Origin: Octopus vulgaris
Taxonomy: Eukaryota
Length of the DNA: 64,000 bases
Assembly (NCBI GenBank): GCA_951406725.2
Contig: OX597818.1
Coordinates: 87,420,001-87,484,000, forward strand
Reading direction: 5' to 3'
Shown here one piece after another: positions 12,806-27,459 of this stretch; within the stretch, counting starts at the first letter, position 1, and the number at the start of each line of letters is the position of its first letter. The notes beneath the pieces were generated by a model. It saw only the letters and a list, made by a program, of their open reading frames with translations. It ran no database searches and was not told the DNA's origin. The translations under genes were made by a program, and so were the position numbers.

Positions 12806-13200
12806 ACTAATGTAGGATAGTTGTAAATTTAAGTGTTCACTTCCGGATTCTCTCACTCTGTTAACGTTTCTAGTTCGAATCACACGTGTCTCGAGATGTG
12901 CCGAAGATTTTCTATTTTGGATATATTTGGGGTACTTAGGTTTGCTCAGGACTTAGTGCTTGCTTTTTCCATAGTTATGAGTAAGTATTTCATTTATGTC
13001 TTACGTAGTTATCGCTGAAGAGGGGAAAATTCTGATGAATTAACCCCGAAATTGGAACCAATGCGGTAATAACGGATTTAAAAAATTTCTATCGGCTTGT
13101 TTCGAGACGCATAAATTATAATCGTTATTGACAATTTTGTCTTTTTTTCGGCATATTTGGAATTAGAATTTTTATTTTGCCCTTATTTTATAAGTTATTT
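12804..13200 (+). mobile_element. PLE-type repeat (second family) with type I hammerhead, inserted in (TA)n
   Basis: 12888-13200 matches the reverse complement of 48686-48920; starts with an inverted 16-nt piece of the element end (TAACTAATGTAGGATA). Confidence 0.7.
13009..13069 (+). ncRNA. Type I hammerhead ribozyme fold with non-canonical G at the cleavage position
   Basis: Stem I UUAUCG/CGGUAA, CUGAAGA (13015-13021), stem II GGGG/CCCC with inner AAUUC/GAAUU hairpin, GAAA (13048-13051), stem III AUUGG/CCAAU. Confidence 0.7.
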
Positions 13201-13303
13201 ATATATATATATCTTATTCCCTTCTTTCCTGAGCGTCAAATACTTTATTTGTTCCACGTCCTTGCGTTGTTGTTTTTTTGTTTTTGTTTTCTTGTTTGGA
13301 TTA

Positions 13304-13364
<61 letters not shown>

Positions 13365-13867
13365 AAAATAATAATAATATTATTATTCCAACCTTACTGG
13401 TAAAATTCAGTATAATAATATTAGACCGAATTTCGTAATATATAATATATGTATATAACTAATTTAGAGGCGAACCACCATTCCACAACTCAGTCAATGA
13501 AGAACCCGTCCAAAACCATGCTGTGAGACATATACCATACAAAATATTAATCTAAAATTTTAATAATATATTTTTCTTCTCTATCTTGACACGGAACTTC
13601 TTGCTCGAAATAGTGTTACTTTTACTATTCTTATATATATCATACATTGACCATTATTTAACCCTGTTTACTAACATTTTTAAAAAACCAAACGTCACAT
13701 ATTCGCTTCTCTGGATTACCTTCACCGGCACATACCGATGTCTAGACTCTTCGGATTCAGGATTTCTTGTAAAAATTTTAGTTTGCCAGCTTTAATCCTT
13801 ACTCTGCCTATCACCCATGCATGTATTCTTCCTACATATTCCTTATTTTACCTACCGTTTATCAAAT

Positions 13868-14090
13868 TCTCACTCACTCACTCACTCACTCACTCACTCA
13901 CTCACTCACTCACTCACTCACTCACTCACTCACTCACTCACTCACTCACTCACTCACTCACCCACTCACTCATTCACTCACTCACTCACTCACTCACTCA
14001 CTCACTCACTCACTCACTCACTCACTCATTCACTCACTCACTCACTCACTCACTCACTCACTCACTCACTCACTCACTCACTCACTCGCT
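13868..14090. repeat. (TCAC)n tetranucleotide microsatellite
   Basis: Direct inspection. Confidence 0.98.
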
Positions 14091-14179
14091 CACACACTCC
14101 ACAAGAACCAATGTAGACTATTTACAATAGTATAGAGGAAGAGTGTGTTCTTGTCATTATTGCTGCTATTGTTACTGCG

Positions 14180-14779
14180 GAAGATAATGATGCTGATGGT
14201 GATGAAGGTGGGGTCATGATGATGATGAAGATGAAGATGATGATGATGACGACGACGACGGCGATGATGTTTAAGATGATGATGATGATGATAATGACGA
14301 TGATGATGATAATGATGATGATGATGATTGTGATGATGGTAATGATGATGAGGATGATGAAGATGTTGATGATGATGGGATGATGAAGATGAAGATGATG
14401 ATGATGATGATGATGTTGATGATGATGATGATAATGACGATATCGACGGCGATGATGGAGATGATGATGATGATGATGATGATAAAGGTGGTGATGATGA
14501 TGATGATGATGATTATGATGTGGGTGATGATGATGGTGGTGATAAAGATGATGAGGATAATGATGATGATGGTGATGCTGATAATGATGTTGTTGATGAT
14601 GAAGTTGATGATAATGATGAAGATGATGATAGTAATAATGATGACGCGTATAATGATGCTGATGATGCTGATGCTGATGATGGTGATGCTGATGATGGTG
14701 ATGCTGATGATGGTGATGCTGATGAGGGTGATGACGTTAATGAGATGATGATGATGGTGATGATGATGATGATGATGGC

Positions 14780-14836
<57 letters not shown>

Positions 14837-15420
14837 GCCAATGCTGAAGATGATACTGTTGATGTATTGACCTTATCCATCACAACAATGATCAAAGACG
14901 TTCCAACCGTACCATCATATTCTTTGTTCAGACACAGTGTCTCTATGCCTGCATTAGCTAAATACATCGTACCGTTTCTTCAAACAATGTTAGCTGCGAT
15001 CTAGCTGTTATTTCTGGCAAGTCGAATAAACTTGGAACGACTCTTCTGTTGGCTGGTGGTGGTGGCGGTAATGATGATGATGATGGTGATGATGATGACG
15101 ATAATGATGACTACGACGTCGACGACCACGATACTGATGATGATGATGATGACGATGATGGTGATGATGATGGTGATGATAGTGTTGATGGTGATGATGA
15201 TGGTGATGATGATGACGATGATGATGACTACGACGACGACCATCACGATAATGATTGATGATGATAATGATGATGATGATAATGATGATGATGATGATGA
15301 TGATGACGGTGGTGGTGGTAGTGGTTGTGGTTTTCATGTTGTAGGTGATAGTAATGATGATGATGATGATGACCGTGTTGTTTGTGGTGATGACGACGTA
15401 AACAGCAACAACAACAATAA
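14180..15420. repeat. (GAT)n-rich trinucleotide field
   Basis: Direct inspection; interrupted by unique sequence at ~14870-15050. Confidence 0.95.
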
Positions 15421-15738
15421 CAAGAGCAACAAAAAACAGCGGCAAGCGTAAAACAAGAGCAAGAAAATCAACAAAAATACAAAGGAATATTCCCCCCTCT
15501 CTCACCACCACCGTAATTCTATAACAACAGCAACAACAAAGCAACAACAAAAGGTGAAAAACAGCAAACAAAAGCAAATTAAACAAGGGGTGAGGAGAAA
15601 AGGAGAGGAAGAGAAAGAGATAAAGAGGTATAGAGAGAAGGAGAGAGGGGACTGAAAGAAGAGGTAAAAAAAATAGAATGTAAAGAGAAATGATAGGGAG
15701 AAATAGAGTGTATAATATATATTTGTACATACACAAAC

Positions 15739-15794
<56 letters not shown>

Positions 15795-16349
15795 GTGTGT
15801 ACATATTTATATATTTATATATTTATGTATATATTTATTTAAGGATTATGTAAATATACATATGTGTATGTGTGTGTGTGTGTTGGTTTGTATACAAGGA
15901 AAGAAGAAGCGGGGAGAATGAGTAGGAGGAAGAGGAAGAAAAAGAGAAGTATTTAATGAGCATGCGTGGGAGAAAGGAAATTGCGAATTTGAGGGTAAAG
16001 ATAGGAAAGCGAGTGGGTGATAGAGATAGATTGATAGATACATAGATAGAAATACTGATAGATATATCGATCGATAGATATATAAATAGATATATAGATA
16101 AATAGATAAATAGATAGATAGATAGAAAGAGGGAGAGAGAGGGAATGAGAGAAATGGACAGAAAGGAAGGTATAGCAAAAGAGAAGGGGAGTAAGGGAGA
16201 TAAGTATTATACCCAAATATGGCAGACTTGAAAATGGCGGTAATTCTATCAAAGATAAAATATTTGTCACGCTTCAACTGGTAGCGGACCATTTCAATAA
16301 AATTCCGACAAAAGAATTTGTTTTAAGTTTTGTACATATGTTAGTCGAT

Positions 16350-16447
16350 TTTATAGATATACACACACATCAAAACACACATATATATTAAATAGCGTAT
16401 ATACATATATGCGTGTATATGTGTGTATGTGTGTGTGTGTGTGCATG

Positions 16448-16485
<38 letters not shown>

Positions 16486-16571
16486 ATATCTATCTGTATA
16501 TATACATATATATGCAGTACACACACACATATATATATATACATATATACATACATTATATATATAAACAA

Positions 16572-16636
<65 letters not shown>

Positions 16637-16772
16637 CATTATGTATGTATATATATATACATGCATATATATATGTTTATATATATATATATATAAACAA
16701 ACATAGACACACACACACATATATATATATGTTTACGGTCGATCGATATATATATGTGTGTATATGTATATA

Positions 16773-16847
<75 letters not shown>

Positions 16848-17588
16848 TTGTGTGTGTGTGTATGTATGTATGCATGCACGTACGTACGTACATGTATGTA
16901 CGTACGTACGTACGTATATACATACGTATATATGGGCCATTGATAGTCACGTATAATTAAGATACAGATTTACATACAGATGCACGCTTGCCAACACACA
17001 CACACACACATACACACACACACACAAACTCACACGCACACACGTAGAGGCACACTTAAACACATATAAACAGAGAGAAGGAGAGAAAGACAGAGAGAGA
17101 GAGAGAAAAAGAGAGAAGGAAAGAGAGATGTCCATGTATACATGTATACACACATATGTACATGTGTTTACACATGAAAGCGTTTAAACACTCGCACATA
17201 TGTTACTTGAAAGCTTGTGTAAACAAAAAGTAAAAAGGCTATCAAATTTTATACACACATCTATACATGCATACGTACCTATACATACATAAATACATAC
17301 ACACACACACACATATATATGTATATACACTTAGGTACATTCATAGATAAATATGCAGTTGCTCTCACGCATATACATACACACACTCGCGCACACACAC
17401 ATATTTGCATGTATAAAGTTGCTCTAATGTATATATTTGCACACGCTACCACACATACAAACACTAGAGTATGCACATGCACACACACACACTTACACAT
17501 ACATATACACAAATATGTATATATGTATATACATACCTAACTATTTATATATGTGTGTGTGTATATATATATATATATTTATACATAC

Positions 17589-17646
<58 letters not shown>

Positions 17647-17801
17647 GTATGTATATATATATGTATGTTTATATACATACATATATATATTATATTTACA
17701 TGATCACACACAAGTACCGACGCATATATACATACACACATACACGCACACACACATATATATATATATATACAGATATTCATACATACACATATACATA
17801 C

Positions 17802-17839
<38 letters not shown>

Positions 17840-17920
17840 GTGTGGATGTGCACATATATATGTATGTATACGCATACATACTCGCACGCAAATACACATA
17901 CACATATATCCATACGTACG
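16350..17920. repeat. Compound (TA)n/(CA)n/(TG)n microsatellite field
   Basis: Direct inspection; similar fields at ~18350-19920, 21400-21840, 25000-25760, 26420-27280, 41900-43050, 44100-46750, 56060-57030. Confidence 0.95.
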
Positions 17921-18430
17921 CCAGCGAAAATGAACACCCATAATGCAACATGAGGATGTTTTCAAACAGATTATTGATGAACAAAGATCTCGATGTGTAT
18001 CCCCTAACTCACGTTAGCCCCCCCCAACTCCTCCTTTTATGCAAATGAGCTTGGTCCTAGTTCCGTTTGAAGAGCGACCGGCTGTTATGAAAGTGGAGCA
18101 TTGACCAGATAGTTAAATCGAAGGGGAGGAGGAGGAACAGCAGCAGCAGCAGCAGCAGCAGTAGTAGGAGGAGAGAGAGATAGAGGAGGTGGAGGTGGGC
18201 GCGCAGGAGTTATCAGTGCTGTGGAACATTCGAGATAAGCAGTCGTCAAAAGGCGATTTTTCAATTACGGTTAGAATTCCGATGGAACCAAGCCGGAGTG
18301 GTATCTATAGCTAAAGATGTTTATCGTCACTTTAAAATATATGCAAACCAAACACCTATCTATACATACGCAGTCACATATATACACATACGTACACCCA
18401 TATATACAAATGTATCTATGTATAAATATA

Positions 18431-18489
<59 letters not shown>

Positions 18490-18724
18490 GTATGTATATA
18501 TATATACAAATATATATATGCATATATATTTGTATATATATATATGTATATATATATCCACACACACACACATATATGTATAGATATGCATATGCATATA
18601 TCTATGAATGTATGTATATATGCATCTATGTATGTATTTATGCATGCATGCACATATGTGTGCAGAATATGCATATAACTGATGTATGTAATACACACAC
18701 ACACACACACATATATATGTATAT

Positions 18725-18780
<56 letters not shown>

Positions 18781-18905
18781 GTATTATACACACGCATACA
18801 CGTATGTGTGTGTGTGTATACGTACACGTCTGCGCAGTCGAATACACACGACCATTCTTAATATATACATGCGCATACGCGAATTTACACAAACATTGAC
18901 TAAGA

Positions 18906-18966
<61 letters not shown>

Positions 18967-19553
18967 GTGCATGTGCTGTGTATGCGTAAAGGAACATAAA
19001 GAGGAAGAGAAAGATAGATAGATAGAGATAGAGGGAGAGAGAGAGCAGAAAGGAAGGAAAGGGAGTGAAGGAGAGACAAAGGGAAGGAGAGTTGGAGAAA
19101 AGGCGGGGTCAGAAAGGAGTGAAATAAAGGTAAAAGAACGGTTGAAACTTTTTAAAAACATGTTAAGTAACTCAAAGTATATACAATAAATTATATACAC
19201 ACACGCTCAAGCGTACTCATATACAAACATGCATACAAACATGTACGTTGCATACATATGTATAGGTATTTACACACATACACACAAGCATATACGGACA
19301 AACATATATACGCCATATAATTCTGTTGGCGCATATGTGTATGTATGTATGTATGTATGTAAGTATGTATGTATGTATGTATGTATGTATGTATGTATGT
19401 ATGCATGTATGTATGCATGTGTGTATGTATGTGTGTATGTTTGCGTGAAGCAAGTATTTTAACTACCGAGTACCGACTTTCAAGTCGTATGTAATATATC
19501 AATATATTTAGATAACTTATAACACACACACACGCACACACATACATATACAC

Positions 19554-19592
<39 letters not shown>

Positions 19593-19681
19593 TATATATA
19601 CATACATATACATAACGTATATATAGATAACTTATAACACGCACACACGCACACACATACATACATACACACACATACATG

Positions 19682-19737
<56 letters not shown>

Positions 19738-19871
19738 CATACATATACATAACGTATATGTACATACATACATACCCCTTTGTACAATATAATACTTTAT
19801 ACATGTGTGTATGTGTGTGTGTGTTTGTGTGTTTGTATGTGTGTGTGTGTGTGTGTGTGTGTTTGTGTGTT

Positions 19872-19924
<53 letters not shown>

Positions 19925-20099
19925 TACTTTGGGCTCGCAAGCCTGACGGAAGAGAGCAAGTTGTATTTTTAAAAGCAAAATGCTTGTAAGTCATAAAAGC
20001 CGACTTCACAACCAATGCATCATTCAAGCAATATTTTATGGTGCAGAGAGATAGAACCCAAACAAAGCCCTAACAAGTAAGCTAAAGAACATCAAAACA

Positions 20100-20365
20100 T
20101 GATCAAAAGCGGCTGTGCGAAGGAATCTGAAACAGCAAGCATCTGAGGAAAGGCACGAATAACGGCGTATACGGAGTACAGCTGTATTACCCGCAATGTC
20201 GGACATCGATGAAACGTGGTCTACCTAGCGTCGCTACCTACGACTCTTTGAACTACGATTCTACCAGCGCTGGCTCCGTACAATGCTCAACATCCACTGG
20301 TGTACTTCTTTATTAGTACTGAAGTCTTCAATCAAGCAGATATCTGTCACCAGCATCAAGACCAG
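20100..20365 (+). pseudogene. RTE-clade LINE ORF2 fragment (RT C-terminal region)
   Basis: Frameshifted reading AVLPAMSDIDETWST-RRYLRLFE-RFYQRWLRTMLNIHW...STEVFNQADI resembles RTE [36 protein letters not shown].W....TN.EVL. Confidence 0.75.
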
Positions 20366-20459
20366 ATCAAGGTTTTGAAATCACTTCTCGTTGGGCAAAA
20401 CACATTCCTGTTTTTAGGAAGGTGCGTGGCCTAGCGGTTAGGTTGTTACACTCAAGATC

Positions 20460-20553
<94 letters not shown>

Positions 20554-20733
20554 ATACACGATGAAAATGAATAGATACATATCTTAGTGAATGCTTGTGT
20601 ATATTCGCGTATGTGCATGTATACATTAAAGATGGTCGTGTGTGTTCGACTATGTAGACACGTGCGCACATATACACACACGTGTGTGTGTATGTATGTA
20701 TATATATATATATATATACACACACATAAATAC

Positions 20734-20764
<31 letters not shown>

Positions 20765-20805
20765 CATACATACATACATACATACATACATACACACACA
20801 CATAT

Positions 20806-21240
20806 TAGGGCTGCGGAATTTAAAGATTAATTAATCGATTAATCGTTAATTTATTTTAACGATTAAATTTTTGCTTTAACGATTATATTTTTTATTAATC
20901 GGTTTCAAATTTAATTTTCTATTCATCATTAATAAATGTGCCGGAAGTCGGGAAGCCATAAGTAACAACAGTAAAATGGCGGCAGAGAAGAATCAAGTTA
21001 TGAAATATAAACTTGTATCAAGTCGATTACATGAACATTTTTGGATTTAAATTGTTGGCTGACAGTAATATAAAAACTACTGATAACGTTTATTGCATCT
21101 ATCGCGACAAATCGTTCGCATGCTATGGATCTAACACATCGCTTAATTACCACCTTCAAAAGAAACACTCGGTACAGTATTCGAAACCTCAGTTCGCAAA
21201 GTGAGCTTCATTTAGTCAGTGTACAGCGGCGGTGTCATCT
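20806..21240 (+). mobile_element. hAT DNA transposon 5' fragment with BED zinc finger
   Basis: TAGGGCTG terminus, subterminal TTAATCG/CGATTAA repeats, ATG at 20976, then VYCIYRDKSFACYGSNTSLNYHLQKKH (BED-like, second Cys lost); no right TIR found. Confidence 0.75.
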
Positions 21241-21394
21241 ACAGCATATCTATCCTTAATACTTTCCGTAGTTTCGAACGTCAATATGTTAATCGCTGTT
21301 TTGTTTCATCACAGGAAAACAATTTATCCTTTACGAGGAATATAATACACTCGAATCATTGGCTCAAAGGACTCTGGCACATCCGGTGCCGTTA

Positions 21395-21449
<55 letters not shown>

Positions 21450-21631
21450 CATACATACACATCCATACATATATTTATATATATACACACACACATATAT
21501 ATATGTGTATATATACATACACACACATTTATACATATATATACACACACATATATATATGTACATGGGGCACATTTTTTCACTGGTGGTTCCCCAACAT
21601 GGCTATAGCCTCATTGCTGAAACATATAAAA

Positions 21632-21688
<57 letters not shown>

Positions 21689-21797
21689 TACACACACATA
21701 TATATATATATATATATACATATACATACACACACACACACATATATATATATATATGTGTATGCATGTATGTATATATATGTATGTATGTATATAT

Positions 21798-21836
<39 letters not shown>

Positions 21837-21906
21837 GTTCGAATTTACATAAATCAAAAGATGAGTAGAAATGAAGGAACAAGAAGCAGGTGCATTAATT
21901 TATCAT

Positions 21907-21940
21907 TTGACATTTCGAGCCCACGCTCTTCGTTAGAAGG
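21907..21940 (-). ncRNA. Degenerate minimal hammerhead motif (PLE-type)
   Basis: ttCTAACGAagagcgtgggctcGAAAtgtcaaa; core G mutated to A. Confidence 0.4.
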
Positions 21941-22253
21941 TACTTTTTAAAAATACTTTTCCCCGCTGGATTTTCTGTTCGTTTCTCTTTTTGTCATCTG
22001 TGATTTTGTTTTTGATCTTCTGAATAAATGAAGATATTCCTTCCGTCTGGCTGCTCTTTTCTCTACAAAACGGATACGAGTTTTATTCATTTATCACCCG
22101 GGGAGATATATCCGGTATCTCTCCGAGATACCGGATGCTCCTGAACCAGTTGTTGAGTGTCCCACCCAAGAGGAATCGATGCTTGATGTGTTGAAACAAT
22201 TGTCGTGATTAATAATAAATTCTCGTACATTCCATCTCCTGTCTTTTATTTGC

Positions 22254-22354
<101 letters not shown>

Positions 22355-23523
22355 GTGTGTGTGTGTGTGTGTGTTAATGATTGTTAATGATTGAATAGTT
22401 GTTTGCCTCCGGTTGCAGTTGGTAAAAAGCGAAAACAAACAAAAACATGTACTGAGACAGCACTCTTGAATGCTGAAATCCTGCGAGGAAAGACTCAGGG
22501 TAGTGGTTAGCGTAGGAACCGAAGTTGAACACTTGACAAGAAATGAAAGGGACGAGATTGTTGGAGAAGATAGTGTAAGGGGAACAAACTCCATGGATTA
22601 GCGGTCGCATTAGTAGTGATGAAAAAATCAGATGAAATCATCTTTGTGAGTAAGAAGCTTGAGTGTAATATAGCGAGGCACTTAATATTCACCAATCCGT
22701 CTTGGACGTCTATGTTTGTATTGCAGTATTGCACCGTTCCAGATATGAGAGTACTACTTCATGGGAGAATTCACTTGAGGTTTTTAGAAGGTTAACAGGT
22801 GTCAGACTAGTATCCTTAACCATCAGACCGCAGAAATGTACTGGGCATGTACTGGGCATGACAATCTATTCGTATGAGTATGTGTCCCCAAAACAACTGA
22901 CTCTACGAATAGAGTATGTGCCCCAAAACATTTGACTCTACGAAAACTAGCGGTCACTTGGGAGAGAGAGAGAGAGGGAGAAAGAGAGAGAGGAGAGAGA
23001 AGGAGAAAGAGAGAGAGGAGAGAGAAGGAGAGAGAAGCTATTTTTATGCATATTTTTAAGGATGACTCTTTTTTTTCTGAAGTGCAAAAATCGCATCTTT
23101 AGCTTCCAATCTTGTAAGGTTTTCGTTTTAAAATAATTATCTAATCAATATTAGAGCTTTTCATTTTAACTGACAGATGCAGGCGGCTAATTTTGTCGAA
23201 TCTTTCTTTTCGATATATGTAAAACGAGATATTTAGCAGAAAAGTTATTTTTTTTTCATCTTCCTTCAGTCGCGTCTATCGTTTTGGCGCCACACCGAAG
23301 TCTGACTTTAGAGAAGGGACCTCTGCTGCAAAATTTATTTAGTGAGCATGATTTAGTATTTCTGACTGAGCATGTAGTTTCAGTTGTATTGTTTTATACA
23401 TGCAATAATCTATTTTCTTGCTTGCGCTATGGCAACTGGTATATAATAATAGATTCTGCTAGATAAAAAATCTTTCTATAATTCTGGTTGGTAGGAAAGT
23501 ATTCATATACTATAGTCATCTTA

Positions 23524-23929
23524 AGTTTTACTTGTTTCGGTCTTTGGACTGCTGCCATGCTGGAGTACTGCTTTGAAAGACTTAGTGGAACAAATCAACA
23601 CCAGAACTTCATTTTAAGCCTTTTGTTTATTCTATCGTTTTATATTTGCCCAACTGCTAAGTTACTAGGATGTAAACAAACCAACGTTGGTTATCAAGTG
23701 GTTGTAAGGGACAAACTCTCCCCCCCACACACACACTCACTCACAAACAGACATACATACACGTACATATAGATATACTTATATACGGCGGGTTTCTTTC
23801 AGTTTCCGTCTACCAAATCCACTCACAAGGCTTTGATTGGCTCGAAGCTATAGAGGCACTTGCAAAAGGACCGAACTCAAGACCATATGGTTGGAAAGGC
23901 AGCTTATTACCACACAGCCACGTCTGCAC
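23524..23929 (-). mobile_element. SINE family B, diverged
   Basis: TTTCAGTTTCCGTCTACCAAATCCACTCACAAGGCTTTG and head TTACCACACAGCCAC on plus. Confidence 0.85.
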
Positions 23930-23938
23930 TCATACTGA

Positions 23939-24154
23939 TTTCAAAGTTTGGCACAAGGCCAGCAAGAAACGGGGAAGAAGTAAGTCAATTACTTCTATCA
24001 CAGTGCTCAACTGGTACTATTTTTATCGGATGAAAGGCAAAGGATGAAAGGCAAAGTCGATAATGGCGAAATTAGAACTCAGAATGTGAGGACATACGAA
24101 ATGCTGCAAAATATTTAACCCAGCGTGCTAACGATTCTACCACCTCGCCGCCTT
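23939..24154 (-). mobile_element. SINE family A, diverged
   Basis: Core and head recognisable. Confidence 0.8.
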
Positions 24155-24169
24155 TTCTACTCCGGTATA

Positions 24170-24569
24170 TTCTTTTCTACTCTAGGCACAAAGCCCGAAA
24201 TTTTTGGGCGGAGGAGGCCAGTCGTTTACATCGACCCCAGTACGCAACTGGTACTTAATTTATCGACTCCGAAAGGATGAAAGGCAAAGTCAGCCTCGGC
24301 GGAATTTGAACTCAGAACGTTGCGGCAGACGAAATACCTATTTCTTTACTACCCACAAGGGGCTAAACACAGAGGGGAGAGACAAGGACAGACAAACGAA
24401 TTAAGTCGATTATATCTACCCCAGTGCGTAACTGGTACTTAATTTATCGACTCCGAAATGATGAAAGGCAAAGTCGACCTCGACGGAATTTGAACTCAGA
24501 GCGTAACGGCAGACGAAATACGGCTGCGCATTTCGCCTGGTGTGCTAACGTTTCTGCCAGCTCGCCGCC
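24170..24569 (-). mobile_element. SINE family A dimer
   Basis: Full-head monomer (24339-24569) fused to an A-box-less monomer (24170-24338); same junction as in 49786-50196. Confidence 0.9.
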
Positions 24570-24690
24570 ATTTCTACCCCTATATATTTCAAAGCTTTTG
24601 ACAATGTTAGATTTAGCACTAAATAAAGGAAAAGGTTATGCGTAAAACATATGATATTACATTACCTTTTCTGAGTTGGTGGGACTCAGA

Positions 24691-24905
24691 TCAAAATAAG
24701 CATGTAATTTCGTTCTGGAATCCATCCGCCATCGAGGCGTTTTTGTAGTAGATAGCTGCCTTATCATACATTTTCTTATTCCAGAATAGAATGAAAATTC
24801 TACTGATATTATTGATGAGGTCCTCAGAAACCGTGGCTGGGTGTGCATGGCATGATCCCACGTTAAGAAAATTAGTTTTCTGTAGTTTGTATGATTTTAT
24901 ATACC
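24691..24905 (-). pseudogene. PLE RT thumb-region relic
   Basis: [66 protein letters not shown] resembles PLE Y..Y.KP....YIN..S.HPP..L..L...IS.R......F..AA..Y..AL..SG. Confidence 0.7.
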
Positions 24906-25062
24906 CATACACTATTCTACATTTTTTGTATCGGTTGCTAAACATTATCCCATTACTGTTATCAAGCCGGAAAACAGTACGTATGCATATTTGTATATGT
25001 ATATATATGTATATGTATTTATGTATACATACATATATACCTACCTCTATAAATATATATGC

Positions 25063-25147
<85 letters not shown>

Positions 25148-25262
25148 ACATTTATATCTTTATACATACATACATACGTTTTGTATATACGCATATATAT
25201 CAACAAGCATACACAGATGTGTACTCATATGCATAGACATACATATGCATATCCATTCATCC

Positions 25263-25316
<54 letters not shown>

Positions 25317-25581
25317 ATGTATGTATACACATACACATATATTTATGTTTATATACAAATGTATGTATGTATATATATATATATATATATACGCATCTAC
25401 GTATGTATGTAGATATATATGCATAATTTGTGCGAGTATGAATATGTGAGAGTGTGTGTGTATGGGTGTGTGAATATATAAGTGTAGATATGCGTGTACA
25501 TATATGTGTGTAAATATACATATCTGTGTGTATAGGCATATATAAGTGTAATTTTGTATATATATATATATATATATATAT

Positions 25582-25623
<42 letters not shown>

Positions 25624-25650
25624 CATACATGCATACATCTACATACATAC

Positions 25651-25710
<60 letters not shown>

Positions 25711-26295
25711 TTTTTTTTTTTTTTTTTTATATATATATACACACATACATACATACACAAAGCTTAATACATATATCAATGAAGAGACACTGTGAGGGAC
25801 AAACCGTCAAATAAGCTCACAACTATTAAAACATAAACATAAATATAAATATAACAAAAATAAAAAAATAAAGAATAAAACGTAAAAATAAAAAATAAAA
25901 ATAAAATGCTATAAATAAAAATAAATCGGTGAATCTAAATCCCATGCTTTCATTACCAAAAATTCTTTGCACGCCACTCGGCAGTTCCATCCATCACAGA
26001 TGATAGAGTTTATAGACTGCGCATGCGCGGTAAATACCATAGCAGACATTGTGCTTCATTGATTAATAGATAGAACAAAAGTGACTTAGCAGATGACGAT
26101 TTATCGCACTCATCAATGTTATCTCCGAGTAGACGACATAGCTTCTAATTCGCCTTGATAACGGCCAACAAATAATTACCATTAATTAATTAAACAAACC
26201 ATTATTAAGCTAGGATTACACTCACACATATGTACCGTGTTGCTATTGTTATTATTGTTATTATTACCATGTTATCATTGATACTATTATTATTG

Positions 26296-26378
<83 letters not shown>

Positions 26379-26863
26379 GTAAAACATAATCAATGTTCCC
26401 CTATTAATATACCTTTACGCATGTATATAATACGGATGCAACACACACAGACACATACATGAACACAAACACACAAATATGTATGTATATATATAAAGAT
26501 ATACACATATGTATATGGTATATGTCAATTATTCTATAGTGTTTGTAAAGACATCCATACATATATATATGTATATATATATGTATATATATAAGTATAT
26601 ATATATGTGTATATATATGTATGTGTATGTATGTGTATTTACATATGTATGTATATATGTGTGTGCACGCGTCTGTGTGTGTGCATAAACACAACAGAAC
26701 ACACAGATATACATACATTAATGAGTATACATATTGTTATAGATATATCTACAATCAGAAGAAAAATAATACATCACGAAACCTACCCTTCACCCATCCC
26801 CACATAAAACAAAATAACGAGCAACCCCGCCTCCCGCAAACCTTAAACTCATATATATATATA

Positions 26864-26988
<125 letters not shown>

Positions 26989-27212
26989 TTATATACATAT
27001 ACATATATATGCATGTACATTTATATATATGTATATGCGTGTGTGTATACACACATATAGTATATGTACACAAGCACACAAACACACACAAAGCTATATA
27101 ATATATATGTATGTGTATGTTTCACAAAAGGGGAATTGTTTATCAGAGAGAGAAAGGGAGAGAGAGAGGGAGAGGGAGAGAGAGAAAGAGAGAGAGAGTG
27201 AGAGAAAGTGAG

Positions 27213-27280
<68 letters not shown>

Positions 27281-27459
27281 AATGATGAAACGAAAATGGC
27301 TCTGTAAGTGGACAATAATCTTGTGATTGAATCTTTACATGAGGGAAATATATTATTTGGGGCCCCTTACAAAACTATTACTGGTTCAGGTCTTTCTATT
27401 GTAACAATATTTAAAGCTCTCGAATTGATGCTATCAGAAACGAAATATCAGTACATACA

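Noticed and set aside
21013-21204. Domesticated ZBED-type gene
   Set aside because: Frameshift after the ATG, lost zinc-ligand Cys, early stop and an adjacent hAT terminus indicate a dead transposon
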